From: Alphaproteobacteria bacterium
GTDB taxonomy: Bacteria > Pseudomonadota > Alphaproteobacteria > GCA-2731375
Direction: 5' to 3'
Assembly (NCBI GenBank): GCA_965232515.1
Contig: CBDDPY010000002.1
Coordinates: forward strand, 192,001-256,000
DNA length: 64,000 nt
Below are positions 1 through 10,100 of the stretch, piece by piece; position 1 is the first letter of the stretch, and every line of letters begins with the position of its first letter. Below the pieces are notes generated by a model. That model did no database searches, was not told where the DNA came from, and saw only the letters and a program-made list of their open reading frames with translations. The translations under genes and the position numbers were made by a program.

Positions 1-712
1 TGATCAGGCCCGCGCCCGCCTTCATCCGGCCAAGGCGGGCGTCGTCGATCAGGCCGCGCGTCTCGGCCGTCAGCGGCGTGGAGACGATGACGAAATCGGC
101 CAGCGGCAGCACGCGGTCGAGATCGTCGGGCCCGACCATCTCGTCGACGAAGCGGGCCTTCCGGCCATGCCGCCTGACGCCCATGACATGCAGGCCCAGC
201 GCCTTCGCCTGCCGGGCCGCGGCGGCGCCCATCTGGCCGACGCCGACGATCAGGCAGGCCTTGCCGGCGATGCTCGACGTGAAGACCGGGTCCCAGCGCC
301 GGGCCCGCTGATCGGCGGCGAGCTTCGGCAGGCCGGCATTCAACATCAAGAGCGCCATGGCGGCATACTCGCCGGCTTTCTGCGCATGCACGCCGCGACT
401 GTTGGTTAACGCGACGTCGGGCGGCAGCCAGTCCAGCGGCAGGAGATGCTCGACGCCGGCGCCGATGATATGGATCCATTTCAGATTGGGCGCCCGCCGG
501 GCCAGATCCGGGGTGGGCAGGTCATAGGTGACGAGCCCGTGCGTCTTCTTAATCGAGTTGCCGAAATTGTCCAGATCCCAATCGATTATCGTCGTTACTT
601 GCGATGCGATCTTAGCATGCCGCGCGGCCGCCACGTCGTATTGCGCCGATGTCGTGCGGAACACCGGCTCGCCCGCGCGATTGTTCTTGATATGCAGATG
701 GAACGCCGCCAT
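1..712 (-). CDS. D-2-hydroxyacid dehydrogenase (3' end runs off window)
   Basis: Manual translation from ATG at 712 (not in ORF track): MAAFHLHIKNN...LKWIHIIGAGVEH...NSRGVHA...LIVGVGQMG (GxGxxG)...ADFVIVSTPLTAETRGLID. Confidence 0.88.
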   Translation of the reverse strand, partial: MAAFHLHIKNNRAGEPVFRTTSAQYDVAAARHAKIASQVTTIIDWDLDNFGNSIKKTHGLVTYDLPTPDLARRAPNLKWIHIIGAGVEHLLPLDWLPPDVALTNSRGVHAQKAGEYAAMALLMLNAGLPKLAADQRARRWDPVFTSSIAGKACLIVGVGQMGAAAARQAKALGLHVMGVRRHGRKARFVDEMVGPDDLDRVLPLADFVIVSTPLTAETRGLIDDARLGRMKAGAGLI

Positions 713-837
713 ACGGAACGCCTTTCGCCCGACCCGATTCGCCTGCCATTATCGTGCCTGGAGGCGTTGAGGTCAGGCTGCATGAGGGAACGCATCGTGC
801 AAAAGCGTTTCGCCAGATCGACAGAACGGTTAGCGGC

Positions 838-2388
838 ATGACGACGCCGAAGGGCGCCATCGCCGCCGGACATCCCGACACGGCCGCGGCCGCGGCGGAT
901 GTGCTGCGCGATGGCGGCAATGCTTTCGACGCCGCGCTCGCGGCACTGGCGGCGGCGTGCGTCACCGAGCCGGTGCTCTGCTCGCTCGGCGGCGGCGGCT
1001 TCCTGCTGGCCCTGACGGCGGACGGCGACAGCCGGGTCTACGATTTCTTTTGCCAGACGCCGGTCGCCAAGCTGGATGCCGACGCGCTCGATTTCCGCCC
1101 GGTCAATGTGGATTTCGGCACCACGACGCAGGAATTCCACACCGGCCTCGGCACCGTCGCCACGCCGGGCGTGGTCGCCGGCATGTTCGCCGTGCATGAG
1201 GATCTCGGCCGGCTGCCAATGTCGGAAATCTTCGCGCCGCCCGCGCAGCTGGCGCGAACCGGCGTGCCGTTGGCGCCGCTGCAGGCGGACATCCTGCGCG
1301 CCGTGGCGCCGATCTTCCTCGACTCCCGCTCGGCGCGGTCCGTCTATCAGAACCCCCAGGCCGACGACGAGGTGATGCCGGCCGGCACTCTGCTGCGGAT
1401 GCCGGGGCTGGCCGATCTGTTGGAGGAGCTGGCGCGCGAGGGGCCAGACGTCTTCTACGCCGGTCCGGTCGCGCAGGAGATCGTCAAGCTGATGCGGGAC
1501 GGCGGCAGCCTGTCGGCCGACGATCTTTCGCGGTTCAAGGTCATTCGCCGCCGGCCGCTGGCCTGCGAATTCGCCGGCGCTCAGGTGCTGACCAACCCGG
1601 CGCCGTCGTCGGGAGGACCGCTGATTGCGTTCGCGTTGGCGTTGCTCAGCGCCGAGACGGCCTGCAACGGCGCCGACCGGCTGGTCGAGCTGGCGCAGGT
1701 GATGGCGCTGGCCAACCAGGCCCGGCGCGACGTCGGCCTGGCCGATGACTGCACCCTCGCGAAGGCCGAGCGTCTGCTGTCCGACGCCTTTCTCGCGACC
1801 TACCGGGCCGAGATGGATGGGCGGGCGCTCAAGGTCGGCGGCACCACGCATATCAGCGTCGTCGACGCGGACGGCAACGCGGCGGCGCTCTCGGTCTCGA
1901 ACGGCGAGGGCTGCGGCCATCTGCTGCCGGGCACGGACGTGATGCTGAACAACATGCTGGGCGAGGAAGACATCAACCCGCAGGGCTTCTTCAACTGGCG
2001 GCCCGACAGCCGTATCTCCTCGATGATGGCGCCGACCCTGATCGAGGATCGACATGGCCGGCGCGTCGCGCTCGGCAGCGGCGGCTCCAACCGCATCCGC
2101 AGCGCCGTGCTGCAGGTCATCGTGAACGTGCTGCGCCGCGGGCTGCCGCTCACGGAAGCCATTGCCGCGCCGCGCATCCACTACGAGCGCGGGTTGTTGA
2201 ACCTGGAGGCCGGGCAGGACGAGCGGGCGCTGGCGGCGCTCGCCGGCCGGTTCCCCGACGAGAAGCACTGGCCCGACCGGAACTTCTTCTTCGGCGGCGT
2301 GCATGCCGCGTCGTTCGATCCGGCGGATCGGGCCTTCGACGGCGCCGGCGACCCTCGCCGTGGCGGCAGCGCCGTCGTCGTGGCCTGA
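838..2388 (+). CDS. ggt: Gamma-glutamyltransferase family (Ntn hydrolase), no signal peptide
   Basis: GGNAFDAA, EP..SLGGGGF, autoproteolytic TTHISVVD, LNNML, SSMMAP, GSGGS, C-terminal GDPRRGG. Confidence 0.9.
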   Translation: MTTPKGAIAAGHPDTAAAAADVLRDGGNAFDAALAALAAACVTEPVLCSLGGGGFLLALTADGDSRVYDFFCQTPVAKLDADALDFRPVNVDFGTTTQEFHTGLGTVATPGVVAGMFAVHEDLGRLPMSEIFAPPAQLARTGVPLAPLQADILRAVAPIFLDSRSARSVYQNPQADDEVMPAGTLLRMPGLADLLEELAREGPDVFYAGPVAQEIVKLMRDGGSLSADDLSRFKVIRRRPLACEFAGAQVLTNPAPSSGGPLIAFALALLSAETACNGADRLVELAQVMALANQARRDVGLADDCTLAKAERLLSDAFLATYRAEMDGRALKVGGTTHISVVDADGNAAALSVSNGEGCGHLLPGTDVMLNNMLGEEDINPQGFFNWRPDSRISSMMAPTLIEDRHGRRVALGSGGSNRIRSAVLQVIVNVLRRGLPLTEAIAAPRIHYERGLLNLEAGQDERALAALAGRFPDEKHWPDRNFFFGGVHAASFDPADRAFDGAGDPRRGGSAVVVA

Positions 2389-2394
2389 GCCCGG

Positions 2395-3288
2395 TCAGGC
2401 CCAGGGCGGAACGGGCGTCATCCGTTCGACCAGATAGTCGACGAAGACTCGCACTTTCGGCGACAGATGCCGGTGGTGCGGGTACAGCACGTTGATGGCG
2501 CTGTCGTCTCGCGGCTGTCGGTCCTCGAACAACGCCACCAGCCGGCCGGCCTTCACATCCGGGCCGACCAGGAAGGCGGCGAGGCGGGCGATGCCAAGGC
2601 CGGCGAGCACCCCGTCTCGTAGGGCGTCGCCGTTGTTGGCCTCGAAGTTGCCGCGCACCTTCACTGTTTCCGGCCCCTCGAAGGTCCATTCGTTCAGCGT
2701 CGGCAGCCCGCTGAATGTCAGGCAGTTATGATTGGCCAGATCCGCTGGGGTTTTCGGTTTGCCGTGACGTTCCAGATAGGCCGGCGCTGCGCAGACGATG
2801 CGGTGGTCGGGCGCGAGGCGGCGTGCGATCAACGACGAGTCAGGCAACGGTCCGCTGCGGATCGCGACGTCGACGCCCTCCTCGACAAGATCGATGACCC
2901 GGTCGGAGAGCGCCAGCTCGACCGTCATCTCGGCATATCGCGCCAGAAAATCGGCAATGATCGGCATGATCTGACGCCGCCCGAAGGCGATCGAGGCGCC
3001 GACCCGCAGATGACCGCGCGGTTCGGCGCTGAGCTGCATGGCGGCGCGCTCGGCCTCGTCGATATCGGCGAGGATCCGGACGGCCCGGGCATAGAAGACC
3101 GTGCCCACCTCGGTCAGACCGACGCGCCGGGTCGTGCGATTGAGCAGCCGGACGCCGAGCCTGTCTTCCAGGCGTCCGATCTGCTTGCTGACGGCAGACG
3201 GCGTCAGGCCAAGTGCCCGGGCCGCCGCGGAAAAGCCGCCGTTGTCGACCACCTGGACGAGGGCGGCGAAATCTTCAGACGAGCTCAA
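2395..3288 (-). CDS. LysR-family transcriptional regulator (CrgA/DmlR-like)
   Basis: FSAAARALGLTPSAVSKQIGRLEDRLGVRLLNRTTR HTH; PKVRVFVDYL C-terminus; TTG start. Confidence 0.93.
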   Translation of the reverse strand: MSSSEDFAALVQVVDNGGFSAAARALGLTPSAVSKQIGRLEDRLGVRLLNRTTRRVGLTEVGTVFYARAVRILADIDEAERAAMQLSAEPRGHLRVGASIAFGRRQIMPIIADFLARYAEMTVELALSDRVIDLVEEGVDVAIRSGPLPDSSLIARRLAPDHRIVCAAPAYLERHGKPKTPADLANHNCLTFSGLPTLNEWTFEGPETVKVRGNFEANNGDALRDGVLAGLGIARLAAFLVGPDVKAGRLVALFEDRQPRDDSAINVLYPHHRHLSPKVRVFVDYLVERMTPVPPWA

Positions 3289-3390
3289 TTGCGCCTACTT
3301 ATTCCAAACACTCATAAGTTATGTTCTGTGCAACGATATTAAGTCGAATTGGACAAAGATGTAGCCTGTTCCTCTCGGTCAGGAGAAGGA

Positions 3391-4068
3391 ATGCGCATGT
3401 CAGACCTAGCGACGACGACAATCGCGGAAGAGCTGCGCGCCAATACCGCTCATCGCATGCAGGTAATGGCGGCCGACGACTACGCGGCGATTGACAAAGG
3501 TATCGAGGATTTGAAGGCGGGGCAGGTTGGCGCCGGCCACCTCAAGGTCGGTGCGACGGCGCCGGCTTTCGAGCTGCCGAATGCACTCGGGCAACCGGTG
3601 CGCCTGTCCGAACTTACAAGCGGTGGGCCTGTGGTCCTGAGCTTCTTTCGCGGCGGTTGGTGCTCGTACTGCAACATCGAGCTCCGTGCGCTGCAGCGGT
3701 ATCTGACGGAAATCCGGGATCTCGGCGCGGAGCTGATCGCGGTGACGCCCGAGCTGCCGGACGAGACCGTGAGCACGGCCGAGAAGCTGGCGCTCAGCTA
3801 TCCGGTTCTGAGCGATAGCGGCAACCAGGTGGCGCGGGCCTTCGGCCTGGTGATGACCGTGGCCGAGGAACTGCGCCCGCTTTACAGCAAAATGGGGATC
3901 GAGCTGCCGGCGAGAAACGGCGACAACAGCTTCGAACTGCCGCTGCCCGGTACCTTCGTCATCGACCGTGATGGCACAATCCTCCAGGCCTTCGTCGACC
4001 CGGACTATCGCAATCGCGTCGAACCAATGGTTATTCTGGAGACCCTGCGGCATCGAAACCGCGATTAG
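3391..4068 (+). CDS. Peroxiredoxin-like AhpC/TSA family protein
   Basis: APAFELP, FFRGGWCSYCNIEL (CxxC), LPLPGTFVID, DPDYRNRVEP; GGAGAAGG upstream. Confidence 0.88.
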   Translation: MRMSDLATTTIAEELRANTAHRMQVMAADDYAAIDKGIEDLKAGQVGAGHLKVGATAPAFELPNALGQPVRLSELTSGGPVVLSFFRGGWCSYCNIELRALQRYLTEIRDLGAELIAVTPELPDETVSTAEKLALSYPVLSDSGNQVARAFGLVMTVAEELRPLYSKMGIELPARNGDNSFELPLPGTFVIDRDGTILQAFVDPDYRNRVEPMVILETLRHRNRD

Positions 4069-4098
4069 CGAGGCCGACGGCCGGAGAGAGAACCGCCC

Positions 4099-5151
4099 AT
4101 GGCGACGAACACCGCCTTGATCGCCGGCGCGTTGGGCGTGGTCGGGCGCGCTCTGATCGAGCACCTCGACGGCCTCGACGACTGGCGGGCGATCGGTCTC
4201 TCGCGTCGTCCGCCCGACTTCGAGACCAGGGCAAGGTTCGTTTCTGTCGATCTGCTGGATTCGGAGGACTGCCGGCAAAAGCTCGCCGGCCTGCGCGACG
4301 TCACCCATGTTTTCTTCGCCGCCTACACGCCGCGCCCGACGTTGGCCGAAGAGGTCGGCCCGAACCTCGCCATGCTGTCGAACCTGGTCGGGACGATCGA
4401 ACCGGCGGCCGATGCGCTACGACATGTCCAACTGATGCAGGGCAGCAAGTGGTACGGCAATCATCTCGGACCGTATCGGACGCCGGCGCGGGAAGACGAT
4501 CCGGGGCACATGCCGCCCAACTTCTATTTCGATCAGCAACGCTGGCTCGAGGCGGCGCAGGCCGGCAAAGACTGGACCTGGTCGGCCCTGCGACCCCACG
4601 GCATCATCGGCTTCGCGGTCGGCAGCGCCATGAACCAGCTGACGGCGCTGGCGATCTATGCCGCGATATCGCGCCATCTTGGACTGCCGCTGCGTTGGCC
4701 CGGCAAGCCCGGCGCGTTCACCTCGGTCTATCAGATGACCGAGGCGGCGCATCTGGCCCGCGGCATGGTCTGGGCGGCGACCAGCCCAGCCGCCGCCAAT
4801 CAAGCGTTCAATCTAACCAATGGCGATTTCACCCGATGGTGCAATCTCTGGCCCATCGTCGCGCGCTTCTTCGACATGCCGGTCGGGCCGGTACAGTCCA
4901 TCCGGCTAGAGGACTTCATGGCCGACAAGGAGCCGCTGTGGGCGGAGATCTGCGAACAGCGCCGTTTGCGTAAATTTCGGATCGACGAACTGACCAACTG
5001 GCGCTTCGCCGATTTCGTCTATGGCAGCGACTTCGATCAGATGTCCAGCATGACCAAGGCGCGTCAGGCCGGCTGGCATGAGGTGGTCGATACCGAAGAC
5101 ATGATCTGGCGTCAGCTTGAGCGGCTGCGGCACGAGCGCATCATCCCCTGA
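4099..5151 (+). CDS. SDR oxidoreductase, PRISE (progesterone 5-beta-reductase/iridoid synthase-like) family
   Basis: GALGVVG, GLSRR, QGSKWYG, PNFYF, WSALRP, NQAFNLTNGD, C-terminal RIIP. Confidence 0.85.
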   Translation: MATNTALIAGALGVVGRALIEHLDGLDDWRAIGLSRRPPDFETRARFVSVDLLDSEDCRQKLAGLRDVTHVFFAAYTPRPTLAEEVGPNLAMLSNLVGTIEPAADALRHVQLMQGSKWYGNHLGPYRTPAREDDPGHMPPNFYFDQQRWLEAAQAGKDWTWSALRPHGIIGFAVGSAMNQLTALAIYAAISRHLGLPLRWPGKPGAFTSVYQMTEAAHLARGMVWAATSPAAANQAFNLTNGDFTRWCNLWPIVARFFDMPVGPVQSIRLEDFMADKEPLWAEICEQRRLRKFRIDELTNWRFADFVYGSDFDQMSSMTKARQAGWHEVVDTEDMIWRQLERLRHERIIP

Positions 5152-5489
5152 CACCTTGCGCGCGATTCGGGACCGGCGCTGTCGCCGTCCGTGAGTGAAC
5201 TGCTTCACACACCCGACCGATCGGAGAATCGATAGTGGGACAGCCGACCGTCGCCGGCAGTCCGCACCCGAATCGTCGCCAACATCACCGTCGAACCCGT
5301 CACGTGACATCGCTGCGTCAATTTTTATTGGGACTTTAAGACGTTAATGGTTAATTCTCTGCATGGGCTTGAGGTCGCCGGCATGACGCTGGTCGTTCTT
5401 CGATCCGCCAGCGGCGTGCGAGAGAATGTATGATCTCTGACGGCCATCGAGGCTCACGGAGGGGGGAGGCGCAGGGAGCGCTTGTTCTG

Positions 5490-6929
5490 ATGTGCCATTC
5501 TTGTCGTGCCGTTCGGACGTCTTCCAGCCGGACATGCGGGGCGTTTTTGGCAGCGGTTTGTGCATCGGCCACCCTGGCGGGCACGCCGGCCAGTGCCGTC
5601 ACATTGAAAGATCAACTGCAACTGCTGTTGCGGGACAACCCGCAGATCGCGAGGGCGCGTGATGATGTGGGCGCCGCGCGCGAGGGCGAGAACATCGCCA
5701 ACGCGCCGTTCCTGCCTGAAGTGACGCTTTCGGGCGATGGCGGTTACGAGAACACCGACAGCCCGGCAACCCGACGGTCCGGCCGCGGCGATTTCAGCAC
5801 CAGCCGCTATACCCAGTCGTTGACGGTAACGCAGAACCTGTTCGACGGGCAGGCGTCGACGCAGGGCCGACGGCAAGCCCAGTTCTCGACCCGGATCTCC
5901 GAGCAGACGTTGCGCAGCACGATCCAGTCGGTGGTTCTTGAAGGCGCAACCGCCTATCTCAATGTCTTGCGGCAGTCCGAGCTTGTAAAGCTGGCCCGTG
6001 GCAACGAACGCACGATCCGTATCCAGCTTGAACTGGAAGACGAACGAGTCCAGCGCGGGTCCGGCATTGCCGTCGACGTGCTGCTGGCCAAGTCGCGCCT
6101 GCAGCTGGCGAAGGAACGGCGGGTCGCGTTCGAGACAGGTCTACGCGACGCCGTCAGCCGTTATGCGCAGACGTTTGGGCAGGCGCCGGACGTTGCCGAC
6201 CTGACATCGCCGCAAAGCCCGCGATACTTGCTGCCGCCGGACCTCGGCGGCGCCGTCTCGCTGATTCAGGAAGAAAATCCGGCCATTCGCGCCAGCGGGT
6301 TCGAGGTCGATCTGGCTGACGCGCAACGCAGCTCGGCGCGATCGGGCTATTTTCCGCGCATCGATCTGATCGGCGAACAGAACTGGGAAAAGGACTTCGA
6401 CGGGACCCGGGGCATCGAGCGCAATTACTCCGTGATCGTTCAGTTCAACTGGGATCTGTTCTCGGGCTTTGCCACCCAGTCCGGCGTCGCGCAGGCGGCG
6501 AAGCAGTACTCGGCCGCGCGCGGTAACGCCCGGTTTGTCGAGCGCAAGGCGATTGAGCAGTTGGAGCTGTCCTGGCACGCTTACGAAAGCACCCAAGAGC
6601 GCCGGGAGTTATTAAGGAATGCGGTGAATATCGCCGGCGAAGTATTTGATTCCAGAAAAAGATTACGGGATTCCGGTAAAGAGACGGCGATCAACGTCCT
6701 GGACGCCGAAAACGAATTGCTGAATGCCTGCATCAATTTCGTTAACGCCGATTTCGACAATCAGATCTCGGTGTTTCAAGTGCTTTTTTCGCTGGGGCGG
6801 CTCGATCCGGAGGCCCTGGGCATCGTCGAAGACGTGACGGGAACATCAGCGCTGGCTGCCGACGCGCCGGAGTTGACCGGTGGGGGCGATGCGCTGGCGG
6901 CCGCCGGCTGTCGGATCGAGGACGGCTAG
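5490..6929 (+). CDS. TolC-family outer membrane protein of type I secretion system
   Basis: Signal-like N-terminus, FLPEVTL / YFPRIDL repeats, INVLDAENEL; adjacent to RTX cargo, ABC and HlyD; start uncertain (5430 or 5490). Confidence 0.9.
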   Translation: MCHSCRAVRTSSSRTCGAFLAAVCASATLAGTPASAVTLKDQLQLLLRDNPQIARARDDVGAAREGENIANAPFLPEVTLSGDGGYENTDSPATRRSGRGDFSTSRYTQSLTVTQNLFDGQASTQGRRQAQFSTRISEQTLRSTIQSVVLEGATAYLNVLRQSELVKLARGNERTIRIQLELEDERVQRGSGIAVDVLLAKSRLQLAKERRVAFETGLRDAVSRYAQTFGQAPDVADLTSPQSPRYLLPPDLGGAVSLIQEENPAIRASGFEVDLADAQRSSARSGYFPRIDLIGEQNWEKDFDGTRGIERNYSVIVQFNWDLFSGFATQSGVAQAAKQYSAARGNARFVERKAIEQLELSWHAYESTQERRELLRNAVNIAGEVFDSRKRLRDSGKETAINVLDAENELLNACINFVNADFDNQISVFQVLFSLGRLDPEALGIVEDVTGTSALAADAPELTGGGDALAAAGCRIEDG

Positions 6930-7108
6930 TCCGGACCCGGCGGCGATAACCTGGCGTGATGGAGATATCGCCATTTCTCGTAAAAGCCGCCTTGGTTGCA
7001 CGCCTTTTGCATATTTGCTTTAGAAAACGATAATGACTGGTCAAATCTGTCCCAAACAGGGAATTGTTCCCGTTTCGGCACCATTTGACCCCGTAAGGAC
7101 GCGTATCG

Positions 7109-10100
7109 ATGAACCCTAAGCCAATGGCCACAGACGCTGTCGTGGATCCGCGTGCCGCCGATATGGGCGACTACACGGCTGTGCTCGATGCCGCCGGGCG
7201 GGGCAATCTGGTGGTTGACCAGGATCTGTTGATCCTGGTCGGCGACTATCAGAAGTCGGGCACGGATCTGATTCTGACCGGCCCGGACGGCGCCAAGGTT
7301 CTGGTTCTGAACTACTTCGAATCCTCAACCCCGCCGGATCTGTGGACCGCCGGCGGCGCCCGTGTCGCCAGCGAGACCGCGGCCAAACTGGCCGGCGTGC
7401 ATGATCTGGTTCAGTACGCCCAAGCCAGCGACACCACTGGCGCCATCCAGCCGATCGGTGTGGCCGAGGCCGTGCGCGGCGACGTACTGGCCGTTCGGGC
7501 GGACGGTACGCGGGTCGTCCTGCAGGACGGCTCGCCGGTTTTCCAGGGCGACGTCGTCGAGACGGGCGATGGGGCGAGCGTCGGCCTGCGGTTCAACGAC
7601 GACACCAGCTTCGCCATGCAGGGCAACGGCCGCATGGTGCTCGACGAACTGATCTACGACCCCGGCACCCAGTCGGGTTCCGCCGCGGTGTCGGTGCTGC
7701 AGGGCGCCTTCGTCTTCGTCACCGGACAGGTCGCCAAGACCGATCCCTCGAGCTTCTCCGTCAGCACGCCATTGGCCACGATCGGCGTGCGCGGCACCAT
7801 GGTCGGCGGCACCCAGGGCGATCGGCTGGATATCTATTTCAACGAAGGTGCCGGTTTTATTCAGAATGCCGGCGGCCGCGTCGACATTGACGCTGGCGAA
7901 CGCACCTTCGTGCTGGGTTTCAATCTGATCCCGCAAACGCCGCAGGCGACGCCGCCGGGCCTGTTCGACTCGCTGTTTCAATCGGCGCTGGGCGTGCTGC
8001 CGGCGACGCAGTTCTATACCCCCGGCCAGCGCGGATCGGCCGACGAACCGACCGACGAAGAAGCGCAGGCCGCGGCCGAGGTGGCGCCGGAAGCGGGCGA
8101 GGGCGCCATTCCGGTGGTCGACGTGACGCTGCAGCAGGAGCTGGTCCCGCAGCTGCCGACTCTGCTGAACCTGGCCCCGCTGCCGCCCGGATTGCAGGCG
8201 AGCCTTCAGCGCGGCGGCGCGGCGCGGCGGTCGGACAACGACGACGTCATTTTTGCGGCGTTGAATCAGGCGCCGTTCGCCATCGAATTGTCTGATGTCA
8301 GCGCGTCCGAAGGCGCCGCCATCGGTTCCGTGATCGGCGTGTTGAGCGCCACCGATCCGGACGACGGCGAGCTCACCTTCAGCATCGTCAGCGATCCCGA
8401 CGACCGGTTTGAGATCGTTGGCAACGAGCTGCGGCTGACAGCACCGCTGGACTTCGAGACGCAGCAATTTCACGACGTCGTCGTTCGGGCCACCGACAGC
8501 GAGGGGCTGAGCGTCGATCGGGCATTCGCCATCAGCGTCAGCGACGTGCCAGATACCGTCATCTTCGGCACACCCGGTGACGATGTCCTGGTTGGCGGTC
8601 CGGGCGCGGATCTGTTTATCGCGTCGCCCGGCGACGATGTTCTCGACGGGCTCGGCGGCTCTGACACGGTCGACTACAGCGATTCCGAGACCGGCATCAT
8701 CGCCGATCTGTCGGCCGGCAGCGTCACAGGCGGTTTCGACGCCACGGACACGCTTTCGAATATCGAGAACGTCACCGGAACCGGCCAGAACGACGTGCTG
8801 ATCGGCGATGCCGGCGACAACATTCTGCAGGGCGGCGCCGGCGACGATACGTTGGATGGCGGAGAAGGCAACGACACCCTGCTGGCCGGCGACGGTGACG
8901 ACACGATCATTGGCGGTCACGGCGAGGGCGACGACAATATCGACGGCGGCGCCGGCAACGACACGGTCTCCTATACCAGCGCCGTCGCGGGCATTGTCGT
9001 GAACCTTGAGACCGGCGTCGCGTTCGGCGATCCGGCGATCGGTGTCGATACGCTGAACGCCGTCGAAAATGTGATCGGCGGTCAGGCGAACGACCTGATT
9101 GTCGGCAACGCCGCCGATAATCGCCTCGAAGGCGGCATGGGCGACGATGTTGTCCTTGGTGGCGACGGCAATGACCAGATCTTCGGCGGCGACATCCGGA
9201 CCCGGGAGCCCGTGGTCCTCACGCGCCCCGGCGATGTCTATGACATCTCCGAGGTCGAACAGGTTAACCTGCGCGTCGATTTCGTTTCCGAAGGCGCCGG
9301 CTTCGAGAATACGTTCGGTTATTATCTGGCCGATGCCGACGGCGTGCCGTTGTCCGGCCAGATCGTCTTCGCCAATGTCGATATCGCCGACACGGCCAGC
9401 TTCAACCTCGACGCGACGGCGCTTGCCGGCGCCGCGCAGCTCGGCTTCTTCGTCATTCCCGACGGCTTCGGGCTGAACGACGTCCTAGTCGACGGGGCCG
9501 AGATCGGCTTCGCGTTTGTAGACGGTTTCTGGACCGTGACGCTTGGCGGCGAAGCCTTGGAAGGCGACGGCGCGCCGGCGCTGTTCAGCGATCCAAACTT
9601 GAATGCGGATGGCTTCGATCACGAGATCGACAATGACGAGCCCGGCAATTCGAACTGGGAAGATCTGGCCGGCGGCGGCGATGGCGACTTCAATGACCTG
9701 AATCTCGATATCACGGTTACCGAGATACCCGCGGAAGATGGCGATGACACACTGAGCGGCGGTGTCGGCGACGACCAGATTTTTGGCGGCTCGGGCGACG
9801 ACGTCCTGAACGGGGACGAAGGTAACGACAGGCTGTCGGGCGGCGCAGGGAATGATCAGATCGACGGCGGCGCCGGTAATTTCGACGTCGTGCTCTACGA
9901 CGACTTCGACGGCATCATGGGCGTCGAGGTCGACCTGGTCGCCGGCACCGCGCGCGATTCTCACGGCGATACCGACCAGCTCAGCAACGTCGAGGGCGTG
10001 GTCGGCTCCCGATTCGACGACCTGATCGTTGGCGACGCCGCCGACAACTTGATTGCCGGCGGCGAGGGCAGCGATGTGATGACGGGCGGCGATGGCGCCG

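Noticed and set aside
838-2388. ggt as HpxW-like oxamate amidohydrolase tied to purine catabolism
   Set aside because: About 26 kb from puuE and with no distinguishing motif I can verify.
5330-5356. Three TTAA motifs upstream of the TolC gene (CtrA box?)
   Set aside because: Spacings are 4, 3 and 11 nt, not the 7 nt of a CtrA site.
6996-7011. Sigma54-like TTGCACG-N4-TTGCA upstream of the RTX gene
   Set aside because: Lacks the invariant GG at -24.
8560-10100. GGCGGC/GACGAC-rich repeats resembling an array
   Set aside because: Coding RTX nonapeptides, with no identical repeat-spacer structure. Not CRISPR.
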